Origin: Gemmatimonadota bacterium
GTDB taxonomy: Bacteria > Gemmatimonadota > Gemmatimonadetes > Gemmatimonadales > GWC2-71-9
Assembly (NCBI GenBank): GCA_036679645.1
Contig: JAZDCY010000014.1
Coordinates: forward strand, 258,601-322,600
Reading direction: 5' to 3'
DNA: 64,000 nt
A model generated the notes under the pieces. It was not told where the DNA came from. It made no database searches and was given only the letters and a program-made list of their open reading frames with translations. Below, piece after piece: positions 38,470-48,720 of the stretch (its first letter is position 1; every line of letters begins with the position of its first letter). The position numbers were made by a program, and so were the translations under genes.

Positions 38470-39237
38470 TTAGTTCGACGCGAATCGCGCCTGAACTCGC
38501 GTGTCACTTCCGGTGGTAACCGTCACCTGCTGCGTCTGGCTCCCGAGCTGCTCGTGCCACAACTCGAGCGTGTAACTGCCCGGTGGCACGTTGTCGAGTT
38601 GGAAGTTCCCGTTTCCGTCCGTGATCGCATAGTAGGGATGCGCCGCAACCGTGATCCACCCGCTCATCCAGTCATGGGCGTCACACCGGACGTGGACGAT
38701 CTCCGGAAGAGGCAAGCGTACGCGCACAGACGTCAAGAACCCTGGCTGCGCCTTGTTTACCGGCCGGTTCTCCGTCCCGCGGGTGTGGACGTTGTGAAGG
38801 ATCCCGTCACTGTTGCGGACCTCGAATGTCTCACCCGCCTGCACGATCAGGACGTGAGGCGTGAAGCGGCAACCCCGTTGGTCGAGAGCGGGCGGCGAGG
38901 TCGTATCCCATGGCTTGCCTTCCCGAACGTCGCTGAGCCATACAACGACGTTCAGCAGACCCCCGTCCTCGCCGACGACCAGGTCCTCTGCGAATTTCGG
39001 CTCCTGATCGCACACCTCGCCATCTTGGGTGATCTCGAGCCGCCTGGGTGCCGGCACCGGATCTGAAAAGGTGACTTGTCCGACGATTACCCCACCGTCC
39101 GAAACGGTTCGCGGCCGGTAGGAGCCGGCCTGTTGCCCCAAGCTCGGCACCGTGTCCCCCACGAGCAAGACCATGATGGCAATACTGATGACGCTCCACA
39201 TGACGCGAGCGTTCTCTGATCCGGTTCCAGTTGTCAT
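38470..39237 (-). CDS. Cupredoxin-like plus carboxypeptidase-regulatory-like domain protein
   Basis: LDQRGCRFTPHV, NSDGILHNVH, CDAHDWM, VPPGSYTLELWHE. Confidence 0.82.
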   Translation of the reverse strand: MTTGTGSENARVMWSVISIAIMVLLVGDTVPSLGQQAGSYRPRTVSDGGVIVGQVTFSDPVPAPRRLEITQDGEVCDQEPKFAEDLVVGEDGGLLNVVVWLSDVREGKPWDTTSPPALDQRGCRFTPHVLIVQAGETFEVRNSDGILHNVHTRGTENRPVNKAQPGFLTSVRVRLPLPEIVHVRCDAHDWMSGWITVAAHPYYAITDGNGNFQLDNVPPGSYTLELWHEQLGSQTQQVTVTTGSDTRVQARFASN

Positions 39238-39689
39238 GAGCGAGATGGGCCTCCAAGTAGGCAGTCAGACCCGGAGTGCGCAGTGACTCCTTTGCGGTTT
39301 CCGCAACCGCCCAGTTATTGAAGCTCAGCAATGAAATCTGTCTGATTTCTCTGTGAAGCTCCCTTCTGATTCGGCTCTCGGCGAGCGAGCACGATACCCG
39401 AGTAGTTCGGGTGGTCATCGTCCTTGTGGCGAATGTCCCCGCATTGGCTTCTCCCGCACGCCCGCCATAGTGCGGTGAAAACAGCGGTGGGGACCTGAGG
39501 TGTCGATCGGACCTCAGCCCGACATGGGGCTTCGAATTTGCGATCCGTGTCCTTTGCCGCGACGCACAGCGCACGGGCGCGTCGGCGCAGGCGATCGTGA
39601 TGAAGAACATGACGGAAGATGTGCAACCAGTCACCGAGTTGCGGAAATCGTTGTCGCCCCACATCGCACCCGCTACTGCACAGGCGCTC

Positions 39690-39912
39690 GAAGGTGATGC
39701 GATTGGTATTCGTCCCGCGACACCTCGACACTCCCGCTCTCGAAGATCACGACCTCCGGGTCGAGCAACTCGAGCGCAGCAACACTGTCACCGTCTTCCA
39801 TCGCCTGGTGAAAGGCGCTCACGACCTCAGCAGCCGCCGCGGCTTGCTGTGCAGTACTCGACTCCGTAACACCGCACAAGAGTATGACGGCCACGGGAAA
39901 CCAGATTCTCAT
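39690..39912 (-). pseudogene. 3'-truncated copy of the SnoaL-like gene
   Basis: MRIWFPVAV...EYQSHHL, after which similarity to 35397-35852 ends. Confidence 0.85.
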
Positions 39913-40094
39913 CACACCTCCCCAACGAGAAATGAAAGGGATCAGGCCATGCCCCAGACCCTGCCCTAAACGTACCTTCCCTCCATGCAGCATCGCATCC
40001 TCCAGGTCGATGCCGACGCCTTCTACGTGCAGGTCGCGCGCCTCACCGATCCCGAGGTCGCCGGACGAGCCAAATGCCTGCTCGTCGGCGGCAC
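39692..40094 (+). repeat. Diverged direct repeat, copy 2 (matches 35632-36033)
   Basis: Colinear with copy 1; many differences fall at third codon positions. Confidence 0.92.
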
Positions 40095-41187
40095 ACCCGA
40101 GGGCCGAGGGGTCGTTACGTCAGCATCATACGAGGCGCGCGCGTTCGGCGTCCGGTCGGCCATGCCGACGGCACAGGCGCTGCGCCTCTGCCCACACGCG
40201 ACCGTCGTGGGCGTCCCGCACAAGGTGTGCTCGCAGCGCAGCCGTGCCATCGTCGACGTGTTGCAGCAATTCACGCCGGTCGTGGAACCCGCATCGATAG
40301 ACGAGATGTACCTCGACCTCACCGGCACGGAGGGGTTGTATCACCACGAGCCGCTCGTCGAGACCGCGCGCCGCATTCGAGACACGGTGCTGCACGAGAC
40401 AGACATCCGCGTCTCGATCGGCGGCGGCACCAACCGGTTGATCGCCAAGCTCGCGGCAAACCGCGCCAAACCGCATCGTACGCCAGACGCCGGCGGCGTG
40501 TTGATCGTGCCACCGGGAGAAGAGTCCACCTTCCTGGGCACCTTTCAGTTGGCCGACATCCCCGGTGTGGGCCCGCGCTTCCAGGAGCGGCTCGCGCGGC
40601 TCAACCTCGTGTCGGTGCGAGACGCGCTCGCGCACGATCAGCAGGTGCTCGAGCGCTGGTTCGGAGCCCGCGCCGGCCGCTGGCTCTACGACCGGATTCG
40701 CGGCCGTGCAGCAGCACACATCGAGCATCACGCGCGCGCAAAGTCGCTGAGCCGCGACGAGACCTTCAGCCGGGACATCGACGACGACGACGAGTTACGA
40801 CGGGAGCTTTTGCGACTATCGGATCGCGCCGCGGGCGACCTGCGCAGGCACGGCTACGTCGCCCGGACCGTGAGCGTGCGCATTCGCGATCACGATTTCC
40901 GCGACCGGCAAAAGAGCAAGACGATCCCCCGGCCGATCAGCGCTGACCGCGCCATCTTCGAATTGGCACGCCAGCTCTTTGCCAAGCTGCGCCGGGCCCG
41001 TCCCGTACCCGCTCGACTGCTCGGCGTCGCCCTGTCGCAGCTCTCGACCGCGGAGACGGAGGAACAACTGCAGCTATTCGGCGATGAAGATGACCCGCTC
41101 GAGACCGATCGCGACCGGCGCCTTTCCCAGGCGCTCGACGAGCTGCGGGCGAAATATGGACGGGATGTGGTGGAGCGTGGGGGGTGA
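39985..41187 (+). CDS. dinB: DNA polymerase IV
   Basis: VDADAFY, SASYEARAFGVRSAMP, SIDEMYLD, IPGVG. Confidence 0.95.
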   Translation: MQHRILQVDADAFYVQVARLTDPEVAGRAKCLLVGGTPEGRGVVTSASYEARAFGVRSAMPTAQALRLCPHATVVGVPHKVCSQRSRAIVDVLQQFTPVVEPASIDEMYLDLTGTEGLYHHEPLVETARRIRDTVLHETDIRVSIGGGTNRLIAKLAANRAKPHRTPDAGGVLIVPPGEESTFLGTFQLADIPGVGPRFQERLARLNLVSVRDALAHDQQVLERWFGARAGRWLYDRIRGRAAAHIEHHARAKSLSRDETFSRDIDDDDELRRELLRLSDRAAGDLRRHGYVARTVSVRIRDHDFRDRQKSKTIPRPISADRAIFELARQLFAKLRRARPVPARLLGVALSQLSTAETEEQLQLFGDEDDPLETDRDRRLSQALDELRAKYGRDVVERGG

Positions 41188-41270
41188 AGGGCGATGGAAG
41201 CCCCTTAGCCGTATTCAAGCCGTCTCGGTACCTTTCAGACCCCAAAACACCTATCCCCACGGAGTGCAAG

Positions 41271-44200
41271 ATGAAACGTGTCCTGTCGGTAGTTGTCGTC
41301 GCGTCGTTGGCCCTGAGCGCGGTCCCCGCGTCAGCTCAGATCGACGCGCGCATGTTCCGATACCCGGACGTCTCCCAGACTCAGATCACCTTTGTCTATG
41401 CCGGCGACATCTGGGTCGCCCCAAAGACGGGTGGCACCGCCCAGCGCCTCAGCTCGCCGCGCGGTGAGGAGACGTTCCCACGGTTCTCGCCTGACGGGTC
41501 GCAAATTGCCTACAGCGCGAACTACGACGGGAACACCGATGTCTACGTCGTACCGGCAATGGGCGGCGAGCCCGTGCGGGTGACGTATCACCCCATGGGT
41601 GATCGGTTGGTCGATTGGAATCCCGACGGCACCAGCGTGCTGTTCGCCTCGAGTCGCGAGAGCGGTCGCCAGCGCTTCAATCAGTTCTATCGGGTTGCCG
41701 CCACCGGCGGTCTCCCGGAGAAGATGCCCATCCCCTACGGCGAGTTCGGGGCGATCTCTCCCGACGGATCACTGCTCGCGTACATGCCAAAGGCGCGCGA
41801 CTTCCGCACGTGGAAGCGTTACCGCGGCGGCTGGGCGCCCGACATCTTTCTGTTCAATCTGCGCGATTCGTCGGCGACGAACATGACCGACAACGACGCC
41901 AACGACGCACACCCGATGTTTGCCGGCAATCTCATCTACTTCCTCTCCGATCGCGGCCTCGCCGAGCGGCACAACATCTGGGTGTACGACCGGCAGACCG
42001 GCGCGTCACGGCAGGTCACGACGTTCGAGGACTACGACGTAACGTTTCCGGCGATCGGTCCCACGGACATCGTCTTCCAGGCTGGCGGCCGTCTCTACCT
42101 GATGGATCTGGCCGGCGAGCAATTGAGCGAGGTACAGATCGACGTCGTGACAGACCAGGTGACGCTCAAGCCGCATATGGAGAACGTCGCCAACCTCATC
42201 CAAGCGGGTGGCATCTCACCTACCGGACAGCGCGCGATCTTCCAGGCACGGGGCGAGATCTTCACCGTCCCCGCCGAACACGGCCCGGTAATCAATCTCA
42301 CCCACACAACGGGCACTGCGGAACGGTATCCGGTGTGGTCGCCAGACGGGTCACAGATCGCGTATTGGAGCGACGCGTCCGGCGAATACGAGCTGGTGGT
42401 GCGCGCGGCGGACGGTTCGGGTGAAGAACGTACGGTGACGTCACTCGGCGAAGGTTACCGCTACGAGCCGTCGTGGTCTCCGGACGGTACGAAGATGGCG
42501 TTCATGAACCAGCACATGCAGCTCAACCTGCTCGACGTAGAGTCGGGTCGCATGCGGCAGATCGACGAGAGCCCCATCTGGATGGCACATGGCCAGCTCC
42601 AGGGATTCGACATGGACTGGTCGTCGGACAGCCGCTGGCTCACCTTCGCTCGCGGCGTCGAGACCGCGAACTCCGCGATCTTCCTTTATGACACCGAGGA
42701 GAACGAGCTGCATCAGGTCACGGCGGGGTATTACAACGACTTTCAGCCCGTGTTCGATCCCGACGGCAAATACCTCTACTATTTTACCAACCGCACGTTC
42801 TCTCCGGTATACGGCGACTTCGACAACAGCTGGACGTACCCCAACGCGACCAACATCGCAGCCGCAGCGTTGCGCTCGGACGTACACTCCCCGCTGGAGC
42901 CGCGCAACGACGAAGAGGAAGTAAAGGCCGAAGAGGAAGATGACGGGGAGGACGAAGAGGACGATAGCAAAGACGAAACGGTCGCGATCGAGTTGGAGGG
43001 CTTCGAGGAACGCGCGGTCATGTTGTCACCGGATCCCGGGAACTACGCCGGACTGGCGGCGGTGTCGGGTAAGGTCGTCTATCGCCGGCTCCCGCGGACG
43101 GGATCGGGTGATGACGAGAGTCCCATCGTGTTCTTCGATCTGGAGGAGCGCGAAGAGAAGACGATCATGGATGACGCCGACGGCTTCGCGATTTCCAACG
43201 ACGGAAAGAAGATGCTCGTCGTGGCCAATGACCAGTTCGCGATCGTGAGCGTGGCGCCGGACCAGAAGATGGACACGCCCCTGCGCACGCGCGAGATGGA
43301 GACGACGATCGATCCACGCGCGGAGTGGCGTCAGCTCTTTGCCGACACATGGCGCTTCCAACGCGATTTCTTCTACGACGAGAATATGCACGGCGTGGAT
43401 TGGCCCGCCATGCGGGAGCGGTACGGCCGTCTAATCGAGGACGCCGTGACGCGCTGGGACGTGAACTTCGTGCTCGGCGAGTTGATCGGCGAGCTGAACT
43501 CGTCGCACACATATCGTGGCGGTGGCGACGCCGAGACGGCCGAGTTCCGTGGTGTTGGCCTGTTGGGCGTCGATTGGGCGGTAGAGAGCGGGGCGTACCG
43601 CATCGCGCACATCATCGAGGGTGCGAACTGGGATGTCGACGCACGCTCGCCGCTGCGCCAGCCCGGGGTCGACGTGCACGAAGGCGACTATGTATTGGCG
43701 GTCAACGGGAACCCTCTCGATACGTCGCGGGACCCGTGGGCGGCATTCCAGGGATTGGTCGGTCGGCCCGTTCTGCTCACCGTGAACGACCGTCCGACGA
43801 TGGACGGCGCCCGCCAGGTGTTAGTGGATCCCCTCCGATCCGAGACGCGCATTCGTCACCTCGAGTGGATCGAAGCGAACCGCCGCCGTGTCGAAGAGGC
43901 GACCGACGGGCGCGTCGGGTATATCTACGTGCGCAGCACGGGCCTCGACGCGCAGAACGAGTTGGTCCGGCAGTTCATGGCACAGTACCGCAAGGAAGGC
44001 CTGGTCATTGATGAGCGATTCAACAGCGGCGGGCAGATTCCCGACCGGTTCATCGAGCTACTGAACCGGTCCGCATTGAGTTACTGGGCGGTTCGCGACG
44101 GCCAGGACTGGCAGTGGCCGCCCGTCGCGCACTTCGGTCCCAAGGTCATGCTGACCAACGGCTGGTCCGGATCGGGCGGCGACGCCTTCCCCTTCTACTT

Positions 44201-44531
44201 CCGTGAGGCGGGACTCGGTCCGCTGATCGGGACACGCACATGGGGCGGCTTGATCGGGATCTCGGGTGCACCGCCCCTCGTTGACGGCGGTAGGCTCACG
44301 GTGCCGACCTTCCGCATGTACGACGTGCGCGGCAACTGGTTCGACGAGGGCGTCGGCGTGGCGCCGGACATTCCAGTGCCGGAGGATCCTTCGCAGCTCG
44401 CGCGTGGCGTCGATCCGCAGTTGGAACGCGCCATTCAGGAGGTCATGCGGCTGATCGAGGAGAACCCTCCGACGCCACCGGATCGGCCGCAACCGGAGCG
44501 GAGGACGGCGAGGCCGCGGCGCAGGACGTAG
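41271..44531 (+). CDS. Tricorn protease homolog (S41, with beta-propellers and PDZ)
   Basis: PD40 repeats, GELNSSH, DERFNSGG, WSGSGGD, GTRTWGG; start MKRVLS. Confidence 0.93.
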   Translation: MKRVLSVVVVASLALSAVPASAQIDARMFRYPDVSQTQITFVYAGDIWVAPKTGGTAQRLSSPRGEETFPRFSPDGSQIAYSANYDGNTDVYVVPAMGGEPVRVTYHPMGDRLVDWNPDGTSVLFASSRESGRQRFNQFYRVAATGGLPEKMPIPYGEFGAISPDGSLLAYMPKARDFRTWKRYRGGWAPDIFLFNLRDSSATNMTDNDANDAHPMFAGNLIYFLSDRGLAERHNIWVYDRQTGASRQVTTFEDYDVTFPAIGPTDIVFQAGGRLYLMDLAGEQLSEVQIDVVTDQVTLKPHMENVANLIQAGGISPTGQRAIFQARGEIFTVPAEHGPVINLTHTTGTAERYPVWSPDGSQIAYWSDASGEYELVVRAADGSGEERTVTSLGEGYRYEPSWSPDGTKMAFMNQHMQLNLLDVESGRMRQIDESPIWMAHGQLQGFDMDWSSDSRWLTFARGVETANSAIFLYDTEENELHQVTAGYYNDFQPVFDPDGKYLYYFTNRTFSPVYGDFDNSWTYPNATNIAAAALRSDVHSPLEPRNDEEEVKAEEEDDGEDEEDDSKDETVAIELEGFEERAVMLSPDPGNYAGLAAVSGKVVYRRLPRTGSGDDESPIVFFDLEEREEKTIMDDADGFAISNDGKKMLVVANDQFAIVSVAPDQKMDTPLRTREMETTIDPRAEWRQLFADTWRFQRDFFYDENMHGVDWPAMRERYGRLIEDAVTRWDVNFVLGELIGELNSSHTYRGGGDAETAEFRGVGLLGVDWAVESGAYRIAHIIEGANWDVDARSPLRQPGVDVHEGDYVLAVNGNPLDTSRDPWAAFQGLVGRPVLLTVNDRPTMDGARQVLVDPLRSETRIRHLEWIEANRRRVEEATDGRVGYIYVRSTGLDAQNELVRQFMAQYRKEGLVIDERFNSGGQIPDRFIELLNRSALSYWAVRDGQDWQWPPVAHFGPKVMLTNGWSGSGGDAFPFYFREAGLGPLIGTRTWGGLIGISGAPPLVDGGRLTVPTFRMYDVRGNWFDEGVGVAPDIPVPEDPSQLARGVDPQLERAIQEVMRLIEENPPTPPDRPQPERRTARPRRRT

Positions 44532-44533
44532 AC

Positions 44534-44616
44534 GCTCAGGTGCTCAGGTGCTCAGAGGCTCCGGGACTCGCCGGTGCTGTTGCTGAGCACCTGAGACGAC
44601 TGAGACAACTGAGAAG
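44534..44616. repeat. Inverted arrays of short tandem units
   Basis: gctcaggt-like 8-mers (44534-44565) facing ctgag-cac/acga/acaa/aag units (44583-44616). Confidence 0.6.
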
Positions 44617-44695
44617 CCATCCGCCTAGGTGCCTTGCCACCCCCCTCTGACACAGCTAAGCTGGCAGCCCGTTGTCCACCTCCAGGAGCACAACC

Positions 44696-46753
44696 ATGCG
44701 CATCACGTTCGTCTTCGCCCTGATCTCGTTCACGTTTGGCGGCGTCGCCCCTGCACAGGAGACCGCTTCCGACACCCTGCTCACGGTCGAGCATTTTCTC
44801 GACCTCGAGCGGGTTGGAGGACCACAGCTCTCGCCCGACGGATCCCAGATCATCTTCACGCGCGGTCACGTAGACCAGATGGAAGACCGTTGGGACTCCG
44901 AGCTGTGGATCATGAATGCCGACGGCTCGCGCACACGGTTTCTCGCCGAGGGATCGAGCCCACAGTGGTCGCCCGACGGGACGCGGATCGCGTACGTGGC
45001 GCCCGGTGAACCCAAGGGAGCACAGATCTACGTCCGCTGGATGGATGCCGAAGGGGCCACGTCGCAGGTTACGCGCGTGACGGAATCACCGGGGAGCATC
45101 CAGTGGTCGCCGGACGGTCGGAGCATCTCGTTCGTCATGTTGGTACCGCATAGCGAATCGTGGCACATCGACATGCCCTCCGCACCGCGCGGCGCGAGTT
45201 GGACCGAGCCGCCGCGCATGATCTCGCGCACGCACTATCGGCAGGACCGGCGGGGCTTCATGGAAGATGGCTTCACGCATCTCTTCGTCGTCCCGGCAGA
45301 TGGCGGCACGCCACGCGCTCTCACGCACGGTGAGTGGAACGTCGGGGCGCGCTTCAGCGGTCTTTCGTTCGGAGCCGGCTACGACTGGACACCAGATGGA
45401 AGCCAGATCGTGTTCGACGGCATGGTCGTGGACAGCGGTGAGGCACCCTTTGCCGAGACATATCTCTACGCGGTAGATGTCGCTGGGGGAGACGTTCGGC
45501 GCATTGTCGAAGAGCGCGGCAACTGGAGCGGACCGGTGGTATCACCTGACGGTCGGCGTGTGGCGTTCAGCGGATATCCGTTCACGCTCCAGACCTATAC
45601 GACCTCGGAGCTGTACACCATCGGTCTGGACGGTACGGACATGACCAAGGCGTCGGGCGACTTCGATCGGGACATCGGCTCGCGGTTCTGGGCGCCCGAC
45701 GGTCGTGGCATCTACTTCACAGCGGGTAGCGAGGGGTCGCAGAACGTATTCCTGGCACGCGACGGGAACGTGGAGCAGGTCACCGAAGGGGTGCACATGC
45801 TGTCTCTGAACGCGATGACCGACCGGCGCCTCGCGGTGGGCACCCGCACGTCGTTCCACCGGGCCGGCGACATCGTCACCGTCGATTTGCGACGTGGCGG
45901 CCGCATCGCGCAGCTCACACACGTGAACGACGACATCCTCAGCGACATGCGCCTGGGTGACGTGGAGGAGATCTGGTACACGTCCACCGACAACACGCGC
46001 GTGCAGGGATGGATCGTCAAGCCGCCGTCGTTCGATCCCTCGCAGGAATATCCACTGATCCTGCATATCCACGGCGGCCCGCACGGGATGTACAACGTCG
46101 GGTTCAACTACTCGTTCCAGAATTATGCCGCCAATGGGTTTGTCGTGTTGTACACGAACCCGCGGGGAAGTACTGGCTACGGGACAGCATTTGGTAACGC
46201 CATCGACAACGGGTATCCGAGCGTAGATCACGACGACCTGATGGTAGGTGTCGACAGCGTCGTGGATCGTGGGTACATCGATATCGACAGGATGTACGTC
46301 ACCGGGTGCAGTGGCGGGGGCGTGCTCTCGAGCTGGGCTATCGGTCATACAGACCGGTTTGCCGCGGCGGCGGTGCGCTGTCCCGTCGTGAACTGGATCA
46401 GCTTTGCCGGCACAGCCGATGTCGTGCAGTGGGCATACAATCGCTTTCGCGGCTACTACTGGGATGATCCCACCAACTGGCTCGAGCATTCGCCGCTCAT
46501 GCACGTCGGGAATGTGACAACCCCGACACTGCTGATGACCGGTGTGCTGGACCTGCGAACGCCCATGTCGCAGACCGAAGAGTTCTACGCCGCGTTGAAG
46601 GTGCGCGGGGTACCGGCCGTATTGCTTCGGTTCAACGAGGAGTACCACGGCACCGGGTCCAAACCGTCCAACTTCATGCGCACGCAACTCTACATCATGG
46701 ACTGGTTCCTGAAATGGCCGGAACGGTCCAACACCGTGTCCGACGGCGAGTAG
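44696..46753 (+). CDS. S9-family acylaminoacyl/dipeptidyl peptidase
   Basis: IHGGPH, NPRGSTGYG, GCSGGG nucleophile, DLRTP, EYHG. Confidence 0.93.
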   Translation: MRITFVFALISFTFGGVAPAQETASDTLLTVEHFLDLERVGGPQLSPDGSQIIFTRGHVDQMEDRWDSELWIMNADGSRTRFLAEGSSPQWSPDGTRIAYVAPGEPKGAQIYVRWMDAEGATSQVTRVTESPGSIQWSPDGRSISFVMLVPHSESWHIDMPSAPRGASWTEPPRMISRTHYRQDRRGFMEDGFTHLFVVPADGGTPRALTHGEWNVGARFSGLSFGAGYDWTPDGSQIVFDGMVVDSGEAPFAETYLYAVDVAGGDVRRIVEERGNWSGPVVSPDGRRVAFSGYPFTLQTYTTSELYTIGLDGTDMTKASGDFDRDIGSRFWAPDGRGIYFTAGSEGSQNVFLARDGNVEQVTEGVHMLSLNAMTDRRLAVGTRTSFHRAGDIVTVDLRRGGRIAQLTHVNDDILSDMRLGDVEEIWYTSTDNTRVQGWIVKPPSFDPSQEYPLILHIHGGPHGMYNVGFNYSFQNYAANGFVVLYTNPRGSTGYGTAFGNAIDNGYPSVDHDDLMVGVDSVVDRGYIDIDRMYVTGCSGGGVLSSWAIGHTDRFAAAAVRCPVVNWISFAGTADVVQWAYNRFRGYYWDDPTNWLEHSPLMHVGNVTTPTLLMTGVLDLRTPMSQTEEFYAALKVRGVPAVLLRFNEEYHGTGSKPSNFMRTQLYIMDWFLKWPERSNTVSDGE

Positions 46754-47647
46754 GTGGAAACCCGAACACTCGGCCCTGGCGCTCCCGCGGTCAGCGTCAT
46801 TGGCTTCGGGGGCATGCCGCTGTCGACTACGGATCGTCCCGATGAAGCGGACGCCGTCCGCGTCATCCACGCGGTGCTCGATGCCGGCGTCACGTTGCTC
46901 GATACGGCTGACGTTTACTGTCTCGACGACGACGACATAGGGCACAACGAGCGGCTCTTTACCAAAGCACTCTCTTCTTGGGGTGGCAACCGCGACGAGG
47001 TGCTGCTCGCCACCAAGGCGGGGCTCACCCGTCCCGATGGCCGCTGGGGACGAAACGGTAGGCCCGAGCACATCCGGCAGGCGTGCGACCGTTCGCTCTT
47101 GGCACTCGCCACGGACTGCATCGACCTCTATCAGTTCCATGCACCGGACGCCGAGGTCCCGTTCGCAGATAGCGTCGGCACCTTTGCCCAACTGCGGCAG
47201 GAGGGGAAAGTGCGCCACGTGGGGCTCTCGAACGTCTCGGTGGAGGAGATCGAGACCGCGCGCGCATTGGTTCCCGTGGTCACCGTGCAGAATCGGTTGA
47301 ACCCGTTCTTCCGCGAGGCCGTGGCAGAGGGGGTGGTCGCCCACTGCGCGACGGAAGGGATTGGGTTTCTCGCCTACAGTCCGGTGGGTGGCGGGCGGCT
47401 CAACCTGAAGCTGCCCGGTCATCAGGTGCTCACGCCTATCGCGCAGCGACTTGGGCTCTCTCCACACGCGGTCGTCGTCGCGTGGGTCATGGCGCAGGGA
47501 TCTACGGTATTCCCCATTCCCGCGGGCCGGACCGCAATGCACGCGCTCGATTCGCTGACGGCGGCCGAGGCCGGCCTCACGGCAGACGATCTCCTGGCGA
47601 TTGACGAAGCGGAGTTCTCGCGCGCCCAGTCGTCGTCCCAGGAATAG
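46754..47647 (+). CDS. Aldo/keto reductase
   Basis: IGFGGM, LDTADVY, IDLYQFH, VGLSN, AYSP. Confidence 0.92.
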   Translation: METRTLGPGAPAVSVIGFGGMPLSTTDRPDEADAVRVIHAVLDAGVTLLDTADVYCLDDDDIGHNERLFTKALSSWGGNRDEVLLATKAGLTRPDGRWGRNGRPEHIRQACDRSLLALATDCIDLYQFHAPDAEVPFADSVGTFAQLRQEGKVRHVGLSNVSVEEIETARALVPVVTVQNRLNPFFREAVAEGVVAHCATEGIGFLAYSPVGGGRLNLKLPGHQVLTPIAQRLGLSPHAVVVAWVMAQGSTVFPIPAGRTAMHALDSLTAAEAGLTADDLLAIDEAEFSRAQSSSQE

Positions 47648-47726
47648 GCTAACCAGTCGGCGAGGAGGAACCGCTCACCGAGCGGGTGGTTAACGTGTTT
47701 TCGGATGCCGGACAACGAGGTGAACG

Positions 47727-48374
47727 GTGGCGTCGCAGGAAGATACAGCATTGGTCGTCGTGGATATGCAACCCGACTTCATGCCAGGGGGAGCGCTTCC
47801 GGTAGCGGAGGGGGACGCGATCATCCCGGGCGTACGCGATCTCATGGTTTCCGATCGGTTCGGTCTCGTCGCGGCGACGCAGGATTGGCATCCGGCGGGT
47901 CACGTTTCGTTCGCCTCGGCGCACGAAGGTCGCAATCCGTACGATACGCTCGAGCTGTACGGCCACAGCCAGGTCTTATGGCCCGACCACTGTGTACAGG
48001 GCACTGCTGGCGCGGCGTTGCATCGCGACCTCCCATGGGATCGCGCGTCGATCATCATCCGCAAGGGAACGGATCCGGCGGTCGATTCCTACAGCGGCAT
48101 CCGCAACAACTGGGATGCGCGTGGGACCCGTACTTCGACGGGCCTGGCGGGTTATCTCCGAGACCGCGGGATCACGGACGTCGTCGTGTGCGGATTGGCA
48201 CGGGACTACTGTGTGAAGTGGACGGCCGAGGACGCCGCGCGCGAGGGGTTTGCGGTCACATTTGCGTGGGACCTCACACGGGCGGTTGATCCCTCCTTTG
48301 ACGGACAAGTGCGGCACGACCTCGAGGCATCGGGGGTCACGTTGGCGGAGTCCGCCGTCTTCCGAGCGGGGTAG
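47727..48374 (+). CDS. pncA: Nicotinamidase/pyrazinamidase
   Basis: VDMQPDFMPGGAL, QDWHP, WPDHCVQG, KG...DSYS, GLARDYCV. Confidence 0.93.
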   Translation: MASQEDTALVVVDMQPDFMPGGALPVAEGDAIIPGVRDLMVSDRFGLVAATQDWHPAGHVSFASAHEGRNPYDTLELYGHSQVLWPDHCVQGTAGAALHRDLPWDRASIIIRKGTDPAVDSYSGIRNNWDARGTRTSTGLAGYLRDRGITDVVVCGLARDYCVKWTAEDAAREGFAVTFAWDLTRAVDPSFDGQVRHDLEASGVTLAESAVFRAG

Positions 48375-48399
48375 TGCCCGCAGTCGGTCATCCGCCGCA

Positions 48400-48700
48400 C
48401 AGAACCGTCATGCAGCCAACCGATCGCACGACATGAGGGGCGAACTACGCCTGCTGCTCTCGTATGCCTTTGCCGAGTTCAAGCTCCACAGAGTAGCAGC
48501 GAATGCTCAGCTAGATAACGTGGCGTCGGTGCGGCTTCTCCGGCGACTCGGGTTTCGCTCGCGAGGGCTTCTCATGCCACCACCTGACAATTGGCGGGCG
48601 CTGGCGCGACCATGGACGCTGGGCAATACTTGCCGAATACTGGCGTGCGTCGCACGGAGTCCCGTGAAGCAAGTCGCCCGCAGCCGAAGCCCAAGGCGTA
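48400..48700 (+). pseudogene. RimJ-like GNAT acetyltransferase remnant
   Basis: AFAEFKLHRVAAN...NVASVRLLRRLGF, frameshift near 48560, then EGFS..LTIGGRWRDHGRWAIL; 5' end missing. Confidence 0.72.
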
Positions 48701-48720
48701 GCGCGTGGAGGGCCGGGGAG

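Noticed and set aside
39240..39690. Possible riboswitch or RSPP leader upstream of the Cyc2 cassette
   Set aside because: Only a small gcggaaaccgc hairpin and an isolated RSPP; no recognisable aptamer or coherent ORF
45542..47542. 666-aa minus-strand ORF
   Set aside because: Antisense to the well-supported S9 peptidase and AKR genes
48250..48720. Apparent GNAT-oxidoreductase fusion (566 aa)
   Set aside because: The upstream part is a frameshifted remnant; the oxidoreductase starts at 48721 after a GGGGAG RBS
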